DNA of 64,000 nucleotides. Source: a virus. Taxonomy: Duplodnaviria; Caudoviricetes. Under the pieces are notes generated by a model that worked only from the letters and a program-made list of their open reading frames with translations, ran no database searches and had not been told where the DNA came from. Position numbers and translations under genes: made by a program. Position 1 is the stretch's first letter; each line of letters starts with the position of its first letter. Positions 52,404 to 60,751 of this stretch are shown one piece after another. The DNA lies in the IMG/VR virus record IMGVR_UViG_2928716645_000002, positions 32,001 through 96,000 of that record, one strand, 5' to 3'.

Positions 52404-52937
52404 TCATGCCGCCCGCGCGGGCATATCGCCCGCGGCTTGCTTCAGGTTCGCAGCGTAGAGTTGCTCGACGGTGACGCCGCTGAGCGACATGAGGAGCGCC
52501 CAATGCCAATCTCGGATGCCGTTGCGACGCCACTTGTGGACCGCATCAACGGTTACGGCTCCTTTCGAAGCCGCGGCGATCTTGGCCGGGCCGCCGGCAG
52601 CCCAGATTACGTCGTCGATCGACGGTTGGTCCGGCAGCAGTCGCTTCTCGCCTTGCTGCTCGGGCCACCGATAGGTCCCGGCGGCAAGTTCACCGATAGC
52701 GCACAAGAGCGCATCATCCGGCTTGAACCATTCGCCCTCAGTCCGGAGATCGGCAAATATTTGATGAAGCCTGGCTTCCTCAGCCGTGGTGCCCCGAACG
52801 GTCGCGAGGATAACGATCGGCCACGGGCAGCCCGTCTGAAGCTTTGCGACCCGCTGCGACGGTTTGCCGGCGGTGAACCCAATCTTGATCGGCCCATCGC
52901 GCCCCGCCTGTGCAAAATAGATGGTCGGGGATGTCAT
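52404..52937 (-). CDS. GIY-YIG (T5orf172-like) domain fused to a Cro-like HTH
   Basis: IYF......IKIGFT....R...LQTG.P...E..LH..F.....GEWF; C-terminal GGPAKIA...V.KWRRNGI...HW. Confidence 0.75.
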   Translation of the reverse strand: MTSPTIYFAQAGRDGPIKIGFTAGKPSQRVAKLQTGCPWPIVILATVRGTTAEEARLHQIFADLRTEGEWFKPDDALLCAIGELAAGTYRWPEQQGEKRLLPDQPSIDDVIWAAGGPAKIAAASKGAVTVDAVHKWRRNGIRDWHWALLMSLSGVTVEQLYAANLKQAAGDMPARAA

Positions 52938-52940
52938 GCG

Positions 52941-53186
52941 TCACCCCTCAACCGCGCCGGCATCAGCGTCGGACGCGCGCTCCTGCTGGTCGATGAGCGG
53001 CAGGTCGACGAAGTCGTTCGGCGTGACCTCGCCGGCGGTAACTTCGAAGATCTTGATCAGAGTTTCCTCGTCCGGCATACGCTTGCCGGCCGCATAGCGG
53101 CTGACCGCGGCTTGGGACTTCCCAATCCGATCGCCGACCTCTTGGTGGCTGAGCCCCTCGCGGGCGATCCAGTCGCTGAGTTTCAT
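52941..53186 (-). CDS. cro: Cro-like repressor
   Basis: MKLSDW....GLS.......G.SQAAVSRY..G.R.P...T.GEVTPNDF; divergent from CI. Confidence 0.85.
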   Translation of the reverse strand: MKLSDWIAREGLSHQEVGDRIGKSQAAVSRYAAGKRMPDEETLIKIFEVTAGEVTPNDFVDLPLIDQQERASDADAGAVEG

Positions 53187-53195
53187 AGCGACGAA

Positions 53196-53280
53196 ATACC
53201 ATAATGGTATCTGTCGCACAAGGCATTAATACCAATCTGGTTTTAGACAATACCGTTTCGGTGAATTACCAAACTGGTAT
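53196..53280. promoter_or_regulatory. OR-like operator cluster, four ATACC-N5-GGTAT-type sites
   Basis: 53196-53210 ATACCATAATGGTAT; 53229-53243 ATACCAATCTGGTTT; 53250-53264 ATACCGTTTCGGTGA; 53266-53280 TTACCAAACTGGTAT (overlaps the CI ATG). Confidence 0.85.
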
Positions 53281-54022
53281 GAGTCGCCGACAGACCAAGG
53301 TCATGAAAGAAAAGCCGAATTTCCTCGCCGCACATCGCGAGGCCGCCGGCATGGCTGATCATGAGTTGGCCAAGAAGGTGGGAACCTCGCAGCCGCAAAT
53401 CAACCGCCTGGAGAATGGCGAGCGCAAGCTGACGATCGATTGGCTCCAGCGCATTGCCGTCGCACTCGACAAGTCGGTGCCAGAACTGCTGGAACCGCCG
53501 CTCGGAACCATTAAGGAAACGCCAAAAGTATCACTCGCTGAGGTTGGCATCTCCGACTCACCTCCCGTACAGTCCCCGCCCAATGCCGGGCTCGCAAATG
53601 AGCCGACAAGAACAACACGCCGGCGGATCGACATCCTGGGCCGCGCCGCAGGCGGCAAGGAGGGCAAGTTCATCTTGAACGGGGAAAAACAGGGCTACAT
53701 TCTAGCACCGCCGAGCGTCGAGGCCGTATCGAAGGCATATGCGCTCTACATTTTTGGGAACTCAATGTCGCCGCGTTACGAAGACGGCGAGATGGTGATC
53801 GCAAATCCAGAAGCGCCATATGGCAAAGGCAGTTACGTTGTCGCTCAACTCTACACTGACGAGGAAGGCGTCTTCGAGTGCTACGTCAAGCGTTTCGTGT
53901 CCTTCGGGAAGGAGCTCGTGCTCGAGCAGCTAAATCCACCCAAAGGCCATGACGCGATCATGCGCTTCCCGGCAAATCGGGTCTATCGGATCGACAAGCT
54001 AGTGGGTCCGGACGGCAAGTAG
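53279..54022 (+). CDS. cI: CI-type repressor (XRE HTH + S24 autopeptidase)
   Basis: ELAKKVGTSQPQINRLENGER; AAG cleavage site; GNSMSPRY..G; YVKR. Confidence 0.92.
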   Translation: MSRRQTKVMKEKPNFLAAHREAAGMADHELAKKVGTSQPQINRLENGERKLTIDWLQRIAVALDKSVPELLEPPLGTIKETPKVSLAEVGISDSPPVQSPPNAGLANEPTRTTRRRIDILGRAAGGKEGKFILNGEKQGYILAPPSVEAVSKAYALYIFGNSMSPRYEDGEMVIANPEAPYGKGSYVVAQLYTDEEGVFECYVKRFVSFGKELVLEQLNPPKGHDAIMRFPANRVYRIDKLVGPDGK

Positions 54023-54110
54023 ACCACCAGATGTTGCGCGGAAAAATTCGATTCGACTCTGCGGCAGAAAGATTCAATCATCGCCATCCCTCCTGGAAGT
54101 TGCGACGGCG

Positions 54111-54368
54111 ATGCGATCTGCACCAAACCAAAAAACTGTTACGTCAGAGCCGTTTCTCGAAATTACCTGCACCGACTGTGGGCACTCAAAGATCTGGTCC
54201 GAGCATGATGTCGCTTATTATGGCATTGCTCCCGATACGCCGATCGAAACCCTCGGCAAGCATCTATTTTGTTCGCGGTGTCGCGCTCAAGGTGGTTGGG
54301 GCTATAACCTCGAGATCTCTCCTCGGCGCAATCGTCCTGATCAGCCATGGCTCCGGCGCGCGGGCTGA
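54111..54368 (+). CDS. Small zinc-ribbon protein
   Basis: CTDCGH...L.CSRC pairs; downstream of CI. Confidence 0.55.
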   Translation: MRSAPNQKTVTSEPFLEITCTDCGHSKIWSEHDVAYYGIAPDTPIETLGKHLFCSRCRAQGGWGYNLEISPRRNRPDQPWLRRAG

Positions 54369-54717
54369 GCTACCGAAGCCATCGGATCAGGATCTCGCCG
54401 CGGCGCGCGCTGAAATCGCGCGCATGGCTGAGCCCGAGCTGCGATCGCTGCTGACCTATTTTGCTGAATGCACCGATCGCACATCGCTGAACCAGACGGT
54501 GAGGCAGGCTTGCAAATCGGCGTTCGTCAAATACCAGACCGAATTCGGCGGCAAGCGCACGGTCGACAAGCTGATCGCGGAGCAGGAGGAGCTCGGCGAG
54601 ATCCAGCGAACCTTCCGCGCTACTGGGCAGGCGACGGACTCGTCCTATGTCGAGACCGTTGATCGACAACTCCGCCAGGCGGTCGGCGATGCCTTGAAGG
54701 CAAACTCCAGCCGCTAG
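54292..54717 (+). CDS. Possible exported helical protein (start uncertain)
   Basis: 3' part of ORF 54031..54717; signal-like SLLGAIVLISHGSGARA-E followed by a helical domain with two Cys. Confidence 0.45.
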   Translation: MVGAITSRSLLGAIVLISHGSGARAELPKPSDQDLAAARAEIARMAEPELRSLLTYFAECTDRTSLNQTVRQACKSAFVKYQTEFGGKRTVDKLIAEQEELGEIQRTFRATGQATDSSYVETVDRQLRQAVGDALKANSSR

Positions 54718-55223
54718 CGCGACAACCTCGACGCGAGCGTGCTGCGGATCGTCGGCAGCCGCTCTACGAAGTCGGCGATCCCGGCCAATTCGTCGCGGGC
54801 CGCCCTCACCTCCACCATCATCTCGGCGATCGCCGGCAGGAACTTCGACTTCTGGCGCCAGCGCCGGCATGCCATCTCGACCGCCCCCATGGATGGATCC
54901 AGCGACATGACGTCGTCGCGGAGGAATTGGCCGAACACTCCGGCATCCTGACTGCCGGCGTTCGGGAACGCCTTCAGCAGCAGGCCAAGGTAGGCGACTG
55001 CGCCGGCGGCCGGTATCGGCGCGATGGCTTGATCGAACGCCGCCTTGTTCTCTCGGTGCACCGCGATCGCGCGGTCCACCAGTCCCAGGAGCTCGGTGCT
55101 GGGCTCGTCAGCGAGCGCGGCGGCCTCGCGCGCCGCGGCGAGTTCTCGCAGCACCGGCTCGAGCCTCGCGAATGACGGCGGTGCCGGCGGCGAGCCGCGC
55201 GGCCGTTCAACGAGATCGCGCAT
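54714..55223 (-). CDS. Replication partner protein (helicase loader/inhibitor-like)
   Basis: LL.AFPNA, A..AC..WR....F.P.IAE pattern; overlaps the initiator stop. Confidence 0.6.
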   Translation of the reverse strand: MRDLVERPRGSPPAPPSFARLEPVLRELAAAREAAALADEPSTELLGLVDRAIAVHRENKAAFDQAIAPIPAAGAVAYLGLLLKAFPNAGSQDAGVFGQFLRDDVMSLDPSMGAVEMACRRWRQKSKFLPAIAEMMVEVRAARDELAGIADFVERLPTIRSTLASRLSR

Positions 55224-56076
55224 GGAAATCCTCCTCGGTCAGGCCGGCCATCATGCCGTCGATCGCGGTGTCGGCGCGGCTCGGCGCCGTCGGCGTGCCG
55301 CCCCGAGGCGACCGGCGGTCGTAATCGTTACCCACCCACGTCCGCCAGGCGGCGTCCCAATCGGCCATCAGGTTGCCCCTGCTAGTGTGGAAGTTCTTGA
55401 ACTTCTCAGCCTGAAACCGGATGTGGTCATCGTTCCATCCGCGCTCGCGAGCATACTTCCAACCCACATCCGGAAGCTGCCAGTCCGCGGGAAGCCTTGT
55501 CCTGCGCCCGGACTGACGTCCCCTGCGCTTTGGCTGCGGCTCCTCGGCCGGAGGATCATCGCCAAAAAGGCCTTTGGCCGGGTCCAATTCGCGCCCGGCA
55601 ACGGGCGCCATCTGCTCTTCCCCTTCTTCCTTTCTTGTATTTTTTATTTCTTCTGTTTTGTGCTGGTCCTGTGCTGGTCCTGTGCTGGGACCTTGCTGGC
55701 GCTGTGCTGAGACGTTGTCGTCCACTGTGTCATCGACTTGATCGTCACCTTGATAATGATCGTAATTACAGATGGTTATGATGGTAACCCCCTTGTCGGT
55801 CCGTGTGTTGATCATCCCTTCTTTTTCGCATCGACCCAAATAGCCCCTCACCGACCCGACGCTCCATAGCCATTTTTCAGCGAGAAAACGCAGCGATCCG
55901 GCGAGGTCTCCACGATCGAGGTCGACGAAGAACTGGCCGAACCTGCGCTGCCGCGGTCTCCATGCCGCTTCCTGAATCATCCAGGTGAAGACCTCTCTCT
56001 CGGACATCGGGGATGGCCGGAAGAACTCATGCTCGTAGAGCGATCGGTAGAGTTTGATGTAGCCGCGATAAGCCAA
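55207..56076 (-). CDS. Phage replication initiator (replisome organiser)
   Basis: GYIKLYRS, RG...SLRFLA.KW.W...VR.YL, IITICNYD.YQ; C-terminal RLPADW...DWDAAWRTW. Confidence 0.85.
   Translation of the reverse strand: MAYRGYIKLYRSLYEHEFFRPSPMSEREVFTWMIQEAAWRPRQRRFGQFFVDLDRGDLAGSLRFLAEKWLWSVGSVRGYLGRCEKEGMINTRTDKGVTIITICNYDHYQGDDQVDDTVDDNVSAQRQQGPSTGPAQDQHKTEEIKNTRKEEGEEQMAPVAGRELDPAKGLFGDDPPAEEPQPKRRGRQSGRRTRLPADWQLPDVGWKYARERGWNDDHIRFQAEKFKNFHTSRGNLMADWDAAWRTWVGNDYDRRSPRGGTPTAPSRADTAIDGMMAGLTEEDFHARSR
55616..55710. repeat. Putative replication origin: 11 bp iterons next to an AT-rich tract
   Basis: TGTGCTGGTCC at 55659 and 55670, TGTGCTGGGAC at 55681, degenerate copies to 55710; adjacent T-rich run 55621-55659; lies inside the initiator gene. 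Confidence 0.75.
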
Positions 56077-56156
56077 TTACAGGACCTCGAAGGGCGCGGA
56101 AGGAGCGCTGGGCGACCTGCGGTTTACCATCGCAGGAGCTATCCCCACAAAAAATA

Positions 56157-56198
56157 ATACCACACTGGTATTGACAGTAAATACCAAAACGGTATTCT
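56157..56198 (+). promoter_or_regulatory. PL-like promoter with two operators
   Basis: ATACCACACTGGTAT (56157-56171) and ATACCAAAACGGTAT (56181-56195) overlap TTGACA (56171) and TATTCT (56193). Confidence 0.85.
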
Positions 56199-56222
56199 CC
56201 CGGACGCCACGGGAGACTTGCC

Positions 56223-56414
56223 TTGACCACCACGACAAAAACAGCCGATCCGGCCGCCCTCGAGGAAGGGCAGCGGTGCCCGATTGCGGGCTGCGACGGC
56301 ACCGTCGTGCTGGTCCGAGAAGGTGACTGCGCCTGCCACATCGCGCCGCCCTGCCCCGCCTGCACTGATGCTCACCTGTCGTGCGACGTCTGTGGCAAGG
56401 AGCGCCGGCCATGA
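56223..56414 (+). CDS. Small Cys-rich zinc-binding protein
   Basis: CPIAGC...CACH..PPCPAC...CDVCG; first gene after PL. Confidence 0.6.
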   Translation: MTTTTKTADPAALEEGQRCPIAGCDGTVVLVREGDCACHIAPPCPACTDAHLSCDVCGKERRP

Positions 56415-56638
56415 CGGAGCTTGGCTATGTCGGCACCGCCGTCGTCTTCACTGGGGTCGGATTCCTCATCTGCTCAGCCTTTTTCACCCGCGCCTACTGG
56501 GCTGCAATCCGCGATCGCGGCGACCTGATGCTCGCCCTGTTCAATGCCGGCTCCTCGCTGAAGGCCGCCGGCCGCGCCGAGGAAGCTGCCCTGGCGTTTG
56601 GCGTCGCCAAGCGAGTTCAGGAGACGTCGGCATGCTGA
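56411..56638 (+). CDS. Small membrane protein
   Basis: ATGA-coupled MTELGY..., hydrophobic N-terminus. Confidence 0.55.
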   Translation: MTELGYVGTAVVFTGVGFLICSAFFTRAYWAAIRDRGDLMLALFNAGSSLKAAGRAEEAALAFGVAKRVQETSAC

Positions 56639-56961
56639 TCCGCGCCTCCGGGAATAGCCATTGGCGGAAGTTCTTCTTCGCCGCTCCAGCCATCACCATC
56701 GACGGGCGAACCGTCCTCGACGTGATCGAGGCCGACGACGAGGCCGGATATGTCGTCCGCTACATGCGCGACGAGGCTGGCCAGCTGATCGAAGACGGCT
56801 ACCGCTACGCGACCATCCGCGAAGAAGGCGTCGTCGTCTTCACCGGCCAGCGCCGTTGGAGCCCGGACGACGCCAAGGCCGCGGCGCAGACCAAGCGCGA
56901 TCGCCGCGCCATTCGCAACCTCGATATCCAACGTCGTGCCGGGAAGGACGTCACCGCATGA
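56632..56961 (+). CDS. Hypothetical protein
   Basis: IDG....V.EADDEAGYV.RY..D..G pattern. Confidence 0.6.
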   Translation: MLIRASGNSHWRKFFFAAPAITIDGRTVLDVIEADDEAGYVVRYMRDEAGQLIEDGYRYATIREEGVVVFTGQRRWSPDDAKAAAQTKRDRRAIRNLDIQRRAGKDVTA

Positions 56962-57263
56962 CCGATCCCCTCGACCCGACCGCCATTATCGACGACCTCG
57001 CCTTCCGGGCCGGGTATCTCGAGCAAGCGCACATCCAGACCATTGAGCGACTGAGAGCGCTTGCCGCGCGCGGTGGCGCGACGGCGGACGAACTGCGCCT
57101 GGCGATCGCCGGACTCGCCATCGACACTCACAAGGGACTTGCCGCGCTCCAGGTCGGCGCGGCCGCGCGGATGGCCGCTCGTCACGCGGCCACCACGCCC
57201 GAGGTGTGCGCGAAGATCCTGCCGTTTCGACGCACCGGCGAAACAGAGGCTGTCCCGTCATGA
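56958..57263 (+). CDS. Hypothetical protein
   Basis: ATGA-coupled MTDPLDP. Confidence 0.55.
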   Translation: MTDPLDPTAIIDDLAFRAGYLEQAHIQTIERLRALAARGGATADELRLAIAGLAIDTHKGLAALQVGAAARMAARHAATTPEVCAKILPFRRTGETEAVPS

Positions 57264-57526
57264 CGGAAAAGTCATCCACCATCGTGGTCCCTTTGTCCGG
57301 CGTGTGCCTCGATGAGATCGTCAATCCTTGGCACGGCATTGCCAAGATTGCCGAACGACTCGGCGTCCAACCACTCGAGGGGCGTAAACACCGGCCTACG
57401 GTCACCGTGAGCGGAGCCGAAACGTTGCCGCTGCACGGCGGATCACGGGCTCCATCGTACGACCTCTTCGAAGTTGTCGAGGCCGTGCTCGACCGCCTCG
57501 ATCGAATTGAACGAGGGGGGCCATGA
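57260..57526 (+). CDS. Hypothetical protein
   Basis: ATGA-coupled MTEKSS. Confidence 0.5.
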   Translation: MTEKSSTIVVPLSGVCLDEIVNPWHGIAKIAERLGVQPLEGRKHRPTVTVSGAETLPLHGGSRAPSYDLFEVVEAVLDRLDRIERGGP

Positions 57527-57747
57527 TCGAAGCAACCCTACCACCAAGCTGGACCCGCCTCATCTTCGCGCCAGCGGCGGAGCGCGCCGCAGCGGCGCCG
57601 GAAGAGCGAGCCGCCTACGACAACTTCGTCGAGCGGCTGATGGCTCGGCCCGAGGATTTCGGATTCCGACTCGAAACACCCGAGGACGTCGCAGCGGACG
57701 ACCGCTTCGACACCGCCCTCGCCGCAGAAAATCGGGATTGGGGATAG
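57523..57747 (+). CDS. Small acidic hypothetical protein
   Basis: ATGA-coupled, GAGGGG SD. Confidence 0.55.
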   Translation: MIEATLPPSWTRLIFAPAAERAAAAPEERAAYDNFVERLMARPEDFGFRLETPEDVAADDRFDTALAAENRDWG

Positions 57748-57750
57748 CCT

Positions 57751-58005
57751 ATGGCACATCCAGGAATGACCCGGTGCACACCGGACACCTTCGACCTCGA
57801 CCTCACCGGCGCCTACGCCGTGATCCTTCGCGCGTACGGCATGACGTACGAGGGCACGATCGACGAGATCGAGGCCCGCGCCTTCCAGATCCTTTGGAAG
57901 CCGGCGGAGGCGCGCCCGTATTCCCAGGTCAAGCCGCGCCTCGCCGCGGCGATCGCGCTGGCGCGCCGTGACGGACCGATCGATTTGAGCGCGGTGGCGG
58001 CATGA
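57751..58005 (+). CDS. Hypothetical protein
   Basis: Operon-consistent ORF. Confidence 0.55.
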   Translation: MAHPGMTRCTPDTFDLDLTGAYAVILRAYGMTYEGTIDEIEARAFQILWKPAEARPYSQVKPRLAAAIALARRDGPIDLSAVAA

Positions 58006-58175
58006 AGCTGGAACGCGCGATCATCCTCGTTCTGCTCGCCGTCATCGCGGCTCTCGTTCTCGAGGGCGCGACCGTCGAACTGCTCTGTGCCGCGCTGTTG
58101 CTCGGCCTCGTCCTCGGCGCGCTGCTGGGCGCGGCCTTCGTCACCGATCGGCAACAAAAGGAGTCGGCACCGTAA
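58002..58175 (+). CDS. Small two-helix membrane protein (57 aa)
   Basis: Hand translation MKLERAIILVLLAVIAALVLEG...; ATGA/TAATG coupling. Confidence 0.5.
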   Translation: MKLERAIILVLLAVIAALVLEGATVELLCAALLLGLVLGALLGAAFVTDRQQKESAP

Positions 58176-58288
58176 TGGCAGCCATTCGGACATTCGTGCG
58201 GGAAGTTGCGGCGTTCTTCGCGATCGCGGGGATGATCTTTGGCTGCATCGTGAAGGCATCGACCGCCATGGGGGTTATCCATGGCTGA
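58175..58288 (+). CDS. Small membrane peptide (37 aa)
   Basis: AAGGAG SD; MAAIRTFVREVAAFFAIAGMIFGCIVK. Confidence 0.45.
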   Translation: MAAIRTFVREVAAFFAIAGMIFGCIVKASTAMGVIHG

Positions 58289-58847
58289 GCGGCGGGTCGA
58301 ACTCGATCCCTCGGTGCTGATCCGACTCGGCACCAACATGGAAAACATCGGTCAGGCCTGGCAGGCCGACGTCGACGAGCTAAACGCGGCGCGCGACCAG
58401 ATCCAGATGTTGAGGCGCGAGCTCGACCAGGCGGACGACCGCGCATCAAACCTGCAGGCCGAGCTCTCCGCCTCTCGCGGCGAGGTGCGGCAGCTGCTGC
58501 AACGGAACTCCTACCTCGAGGCCCACACCCAACGCCTCTTCGAGACAGCCCAGGACGTCGGCGACAGCATGAAGTCGCTCGCCGAGTCTGCCGTTGACGT
58601 CGCGCGCCGAGCGCCGGCAGGGGCGCCGGCCGCCGCTCCGGTGCGTGCCGACGGCACCACGGCGCCGCGGCCCACGGCGGTCGCGGCGCCGACCGGACAC
58701 GCGCCGGTCCAACGGCCGCGCACCTTGGACGATGTCCGAAGGGAGCAGAAGGCCGCGGCCGAGACCGACCCCGACGACGACGGCACCGGCCTGCCGCCGG
58801 GCAAGCCGCAATTCCTCAGAACACCGCTTCCAACCGTCTCACCGTAG
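58281..58847 (+). CDS. Coiled-coil protein
   Basis: Heptad region, Pro/Ala tail, P.FLR motif. Confidence 0.65.
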   Translation: MAERRVELDPSVLIRLGTNMENIGQAWQADVDELNAARDQIQMLRRELDQADDRASNLQAELSASRGEVRQLLQRNSYLEAHTQRLFETAQDVGDSMKSLAESAVDVARRAPAGAPAAAPVRADGTTAPRPTAVAAPTGHAPVQRPRTLDDVRREQKAAAETDPDDDGTGLPPGKPQFLRTPLPTVSP

Positions 58848-58854
58848 GTTACGC

Positions 58855-60207
58855 ATGACCGAACAGCCGTCACCGCTCAAGATCCTCTCCCTCGACGTCG
58901 AGAACGTGCTGCGCGTCCGCGCTGTGCGGATCACACCAACGGGCAACGTGCTCGAGCTCACCGGCCGCAACCGGCAGGGAAAGAGCAGCGTCATCGACGC
59001 ACTCTGGGCCGCGCTCGGCGGCGAAAAGAAGATCCCGGCCGATCCCGTCCACGACGGCGCCAAGATGGGCAACATCGTCGTCGACATCGGCGACGCCACA
59101 GGCCTGAAGTACCGCGTCACTCGCCGGATCAAGAAGAAGGATGATGGTGACTGGTCCACCAGCCTCACCATCGAGAACGAGGATGGCTTCCGGTCCGACA
59201 AGCCGCAGCAGATCCTGAACACCTTGATCGGCGCCCTCAGCTGCGACCCACTCGATTTCATCAACAAGGGACCGAAGGAGCAGTTCGATCTTCTGAAGAC
59301 GTTCGTGTCCGGGGTCGATTTTGACGCGATCGCCAAGGCCAATGTCGCGGACTTCGATGCCAGGACCGTGGTCAATCGCGATGCCAAGGCCCTGCGGACC
59401 CGGGCCAACGCAATCGTCCTGGACGAGACCGCCCCGACTGAACCGGTCGACGAGGCTGCACTGGTGCGGGAGCTCGCCGAGGCGGCCGATAAGAACGGCG
59501 CCGTGCAACGTTTTCGATCCGACCAGGCGGCACGCCGGCAGCGCGCGGCGGAGCGCGACGCTGCGGCTGAAGCGGCGCGACAGCGCATCGGCCAATTGCT
59601 GGCTGAAATCGAGAAGCTAACCAAGCAAGCTGATGAGGACGACACGGCGGCGGCCGAAATCCGCTTCGAGATCAGCGAGGCCGGCGATGAGCCGCCCACG
59701 GTCGACACTCAGGAACTGCAGGCCAGGATCACGGCAGCGCGCGAGACCAACGCCAAGGTCGCCGCGGCAGGCCGCGCACGAACTGAGAAGGAACGTCTCG
59801 CCAGCGAGGCCGCGGCGCTCGAGGCGAAATCCGAGGCACTGAGCAAAGCGATCGCTGCCCGCGAGACCGAGAAGCAGGAAGCGATTGCGCGCGCCGAGAT
59901 GCCGGTGCCGGGCCTGTCGTTTGGAGACGGCGTCATCTTGCTCGACGGCCACCCGCTCGCCCAGGCCAGTCAGGCCCAGAAGCTCAGCCTGGCCGTCGCC
60001 ATCGCGATGAAGCTTCAGCCGCGCCTCCGCTTCCTGACGACCAAGCACGCCGCGTTGCTCGACGACGAGTCCTGGGCTGCGCTCGTCCGGCTCGCCGACG
60101 AGCAGGATCTGCTCGTCATCGCCGAGACCGTCAACTCCAACCGGCCGACCGCGGTGGTGATCGAAGACGGTCACGTTCGCGGGGCCGAGCAGCAAGCCGC
60201 GGAGTGA
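58855..60207 (+). CDS. SMC/Rad50-like ABC ATPase
   Basis: Walker A GRNRQGKS, long coiled coil, signature-like ASQAQK, LLDD. Confidence 0.8.
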   Translation: MTEQPSPLKILSLDVENVLRVRAVRITPTGNVLELTGRNRQGKSSVIDALWAALGGEKKIPADPVHDGAKMGNIVVDIGDATGLKYRVTRRIKKKDDGDWSTSLTIENEDGFRSDKPQQILNTLIGALSCDPLDFINKGPKEQFDLLKTFVSGVDFDAIAKANVADFDARTVVNRDAKALRTRANAIVLDETAPTEPVDEAALVRELAEAADKNGAVQRFRSDQAARRQRAAERDAAAEAARQRIGQLLAEIEKLTKQADEDDTAAAEIRFEISEAGDEPPTVDTQELQARITAARETNAKVAAAGRARTEKERLASEAAALEAKSEALSKAIAARETEKQEAIARAEMPVPGLSFGDGVILLDGHPLAQASQAQKLSLAVAIAMKLQPRLRFLTTKHAALLDDESWAALVRLADEQDLLVIAETVNSNRPTAVVIEDGHVRGAEQQAAE

Positions 60208-60680
60208 TCGCCATGTTCGACACGTTCTCCCGCTTTTTCCGCCCTCACCGCTCTTCGCCCATGGATTCGGCTCCGCCATGGGCGCGGGAAATCGACCGAA
60301 AGCTGAGCCGCATTTTGACGAACGAGGACCAACAGATGTCTGCCCAAGACGATCTCAATAACGCGGTTGTCGCGCTGGCTTCCGGCTACGCCAACCTCCA
60401 CGCCTCCATCCTGCCGGTGCTGCAGACCATCGCCGACAACGCGAATGGCAACTCGGTCATCACGCAGGCCGTCGCCAACATCCAGGCAGTGACGGGCAAG
60501 ATGGCCGACGATGCTGCGGCGCTGACCGCTGCCGTTCCGGCCGCGACCACCGTCTCGCCGCCGCCGGCGTCGCAGCCGGTCGTTCAGGACACGCCGACCG
60601 TCACGCCGCCGTCGATCGACGTCCCGCCGGTCACCGACCCGAGCGCTGCGCCGCCGGCCGGCGACGGCTCCGGCACCTGA
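60204..60680 (+). CDS. Hypothetical protein
   Basis: Coupled to the ATPase; helical region then Pro-rich tail. Confidence 0.55.
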   Translation: MIAMFDTFSRFFRPHRSSPMDSAPPWAREIDRKLSRILTNEDQQMSAQDDLNNAVVALASGYANLHASILPVLQTIADNANGNSVITQAVANIQAVTGKMADDAAALTAAVPAATTVSPPPASQPVVQDTPTVTPPSIDVPPVTDPSAAPPAGDGSGT

Positions 60681-60751
60681 CCGGAAGACGGTTCCTCCCC
60701 AACTTGCCGCGCGGGTTTCGGCTCGCGCGGCCTCTTCTTCGGAAACTGACC

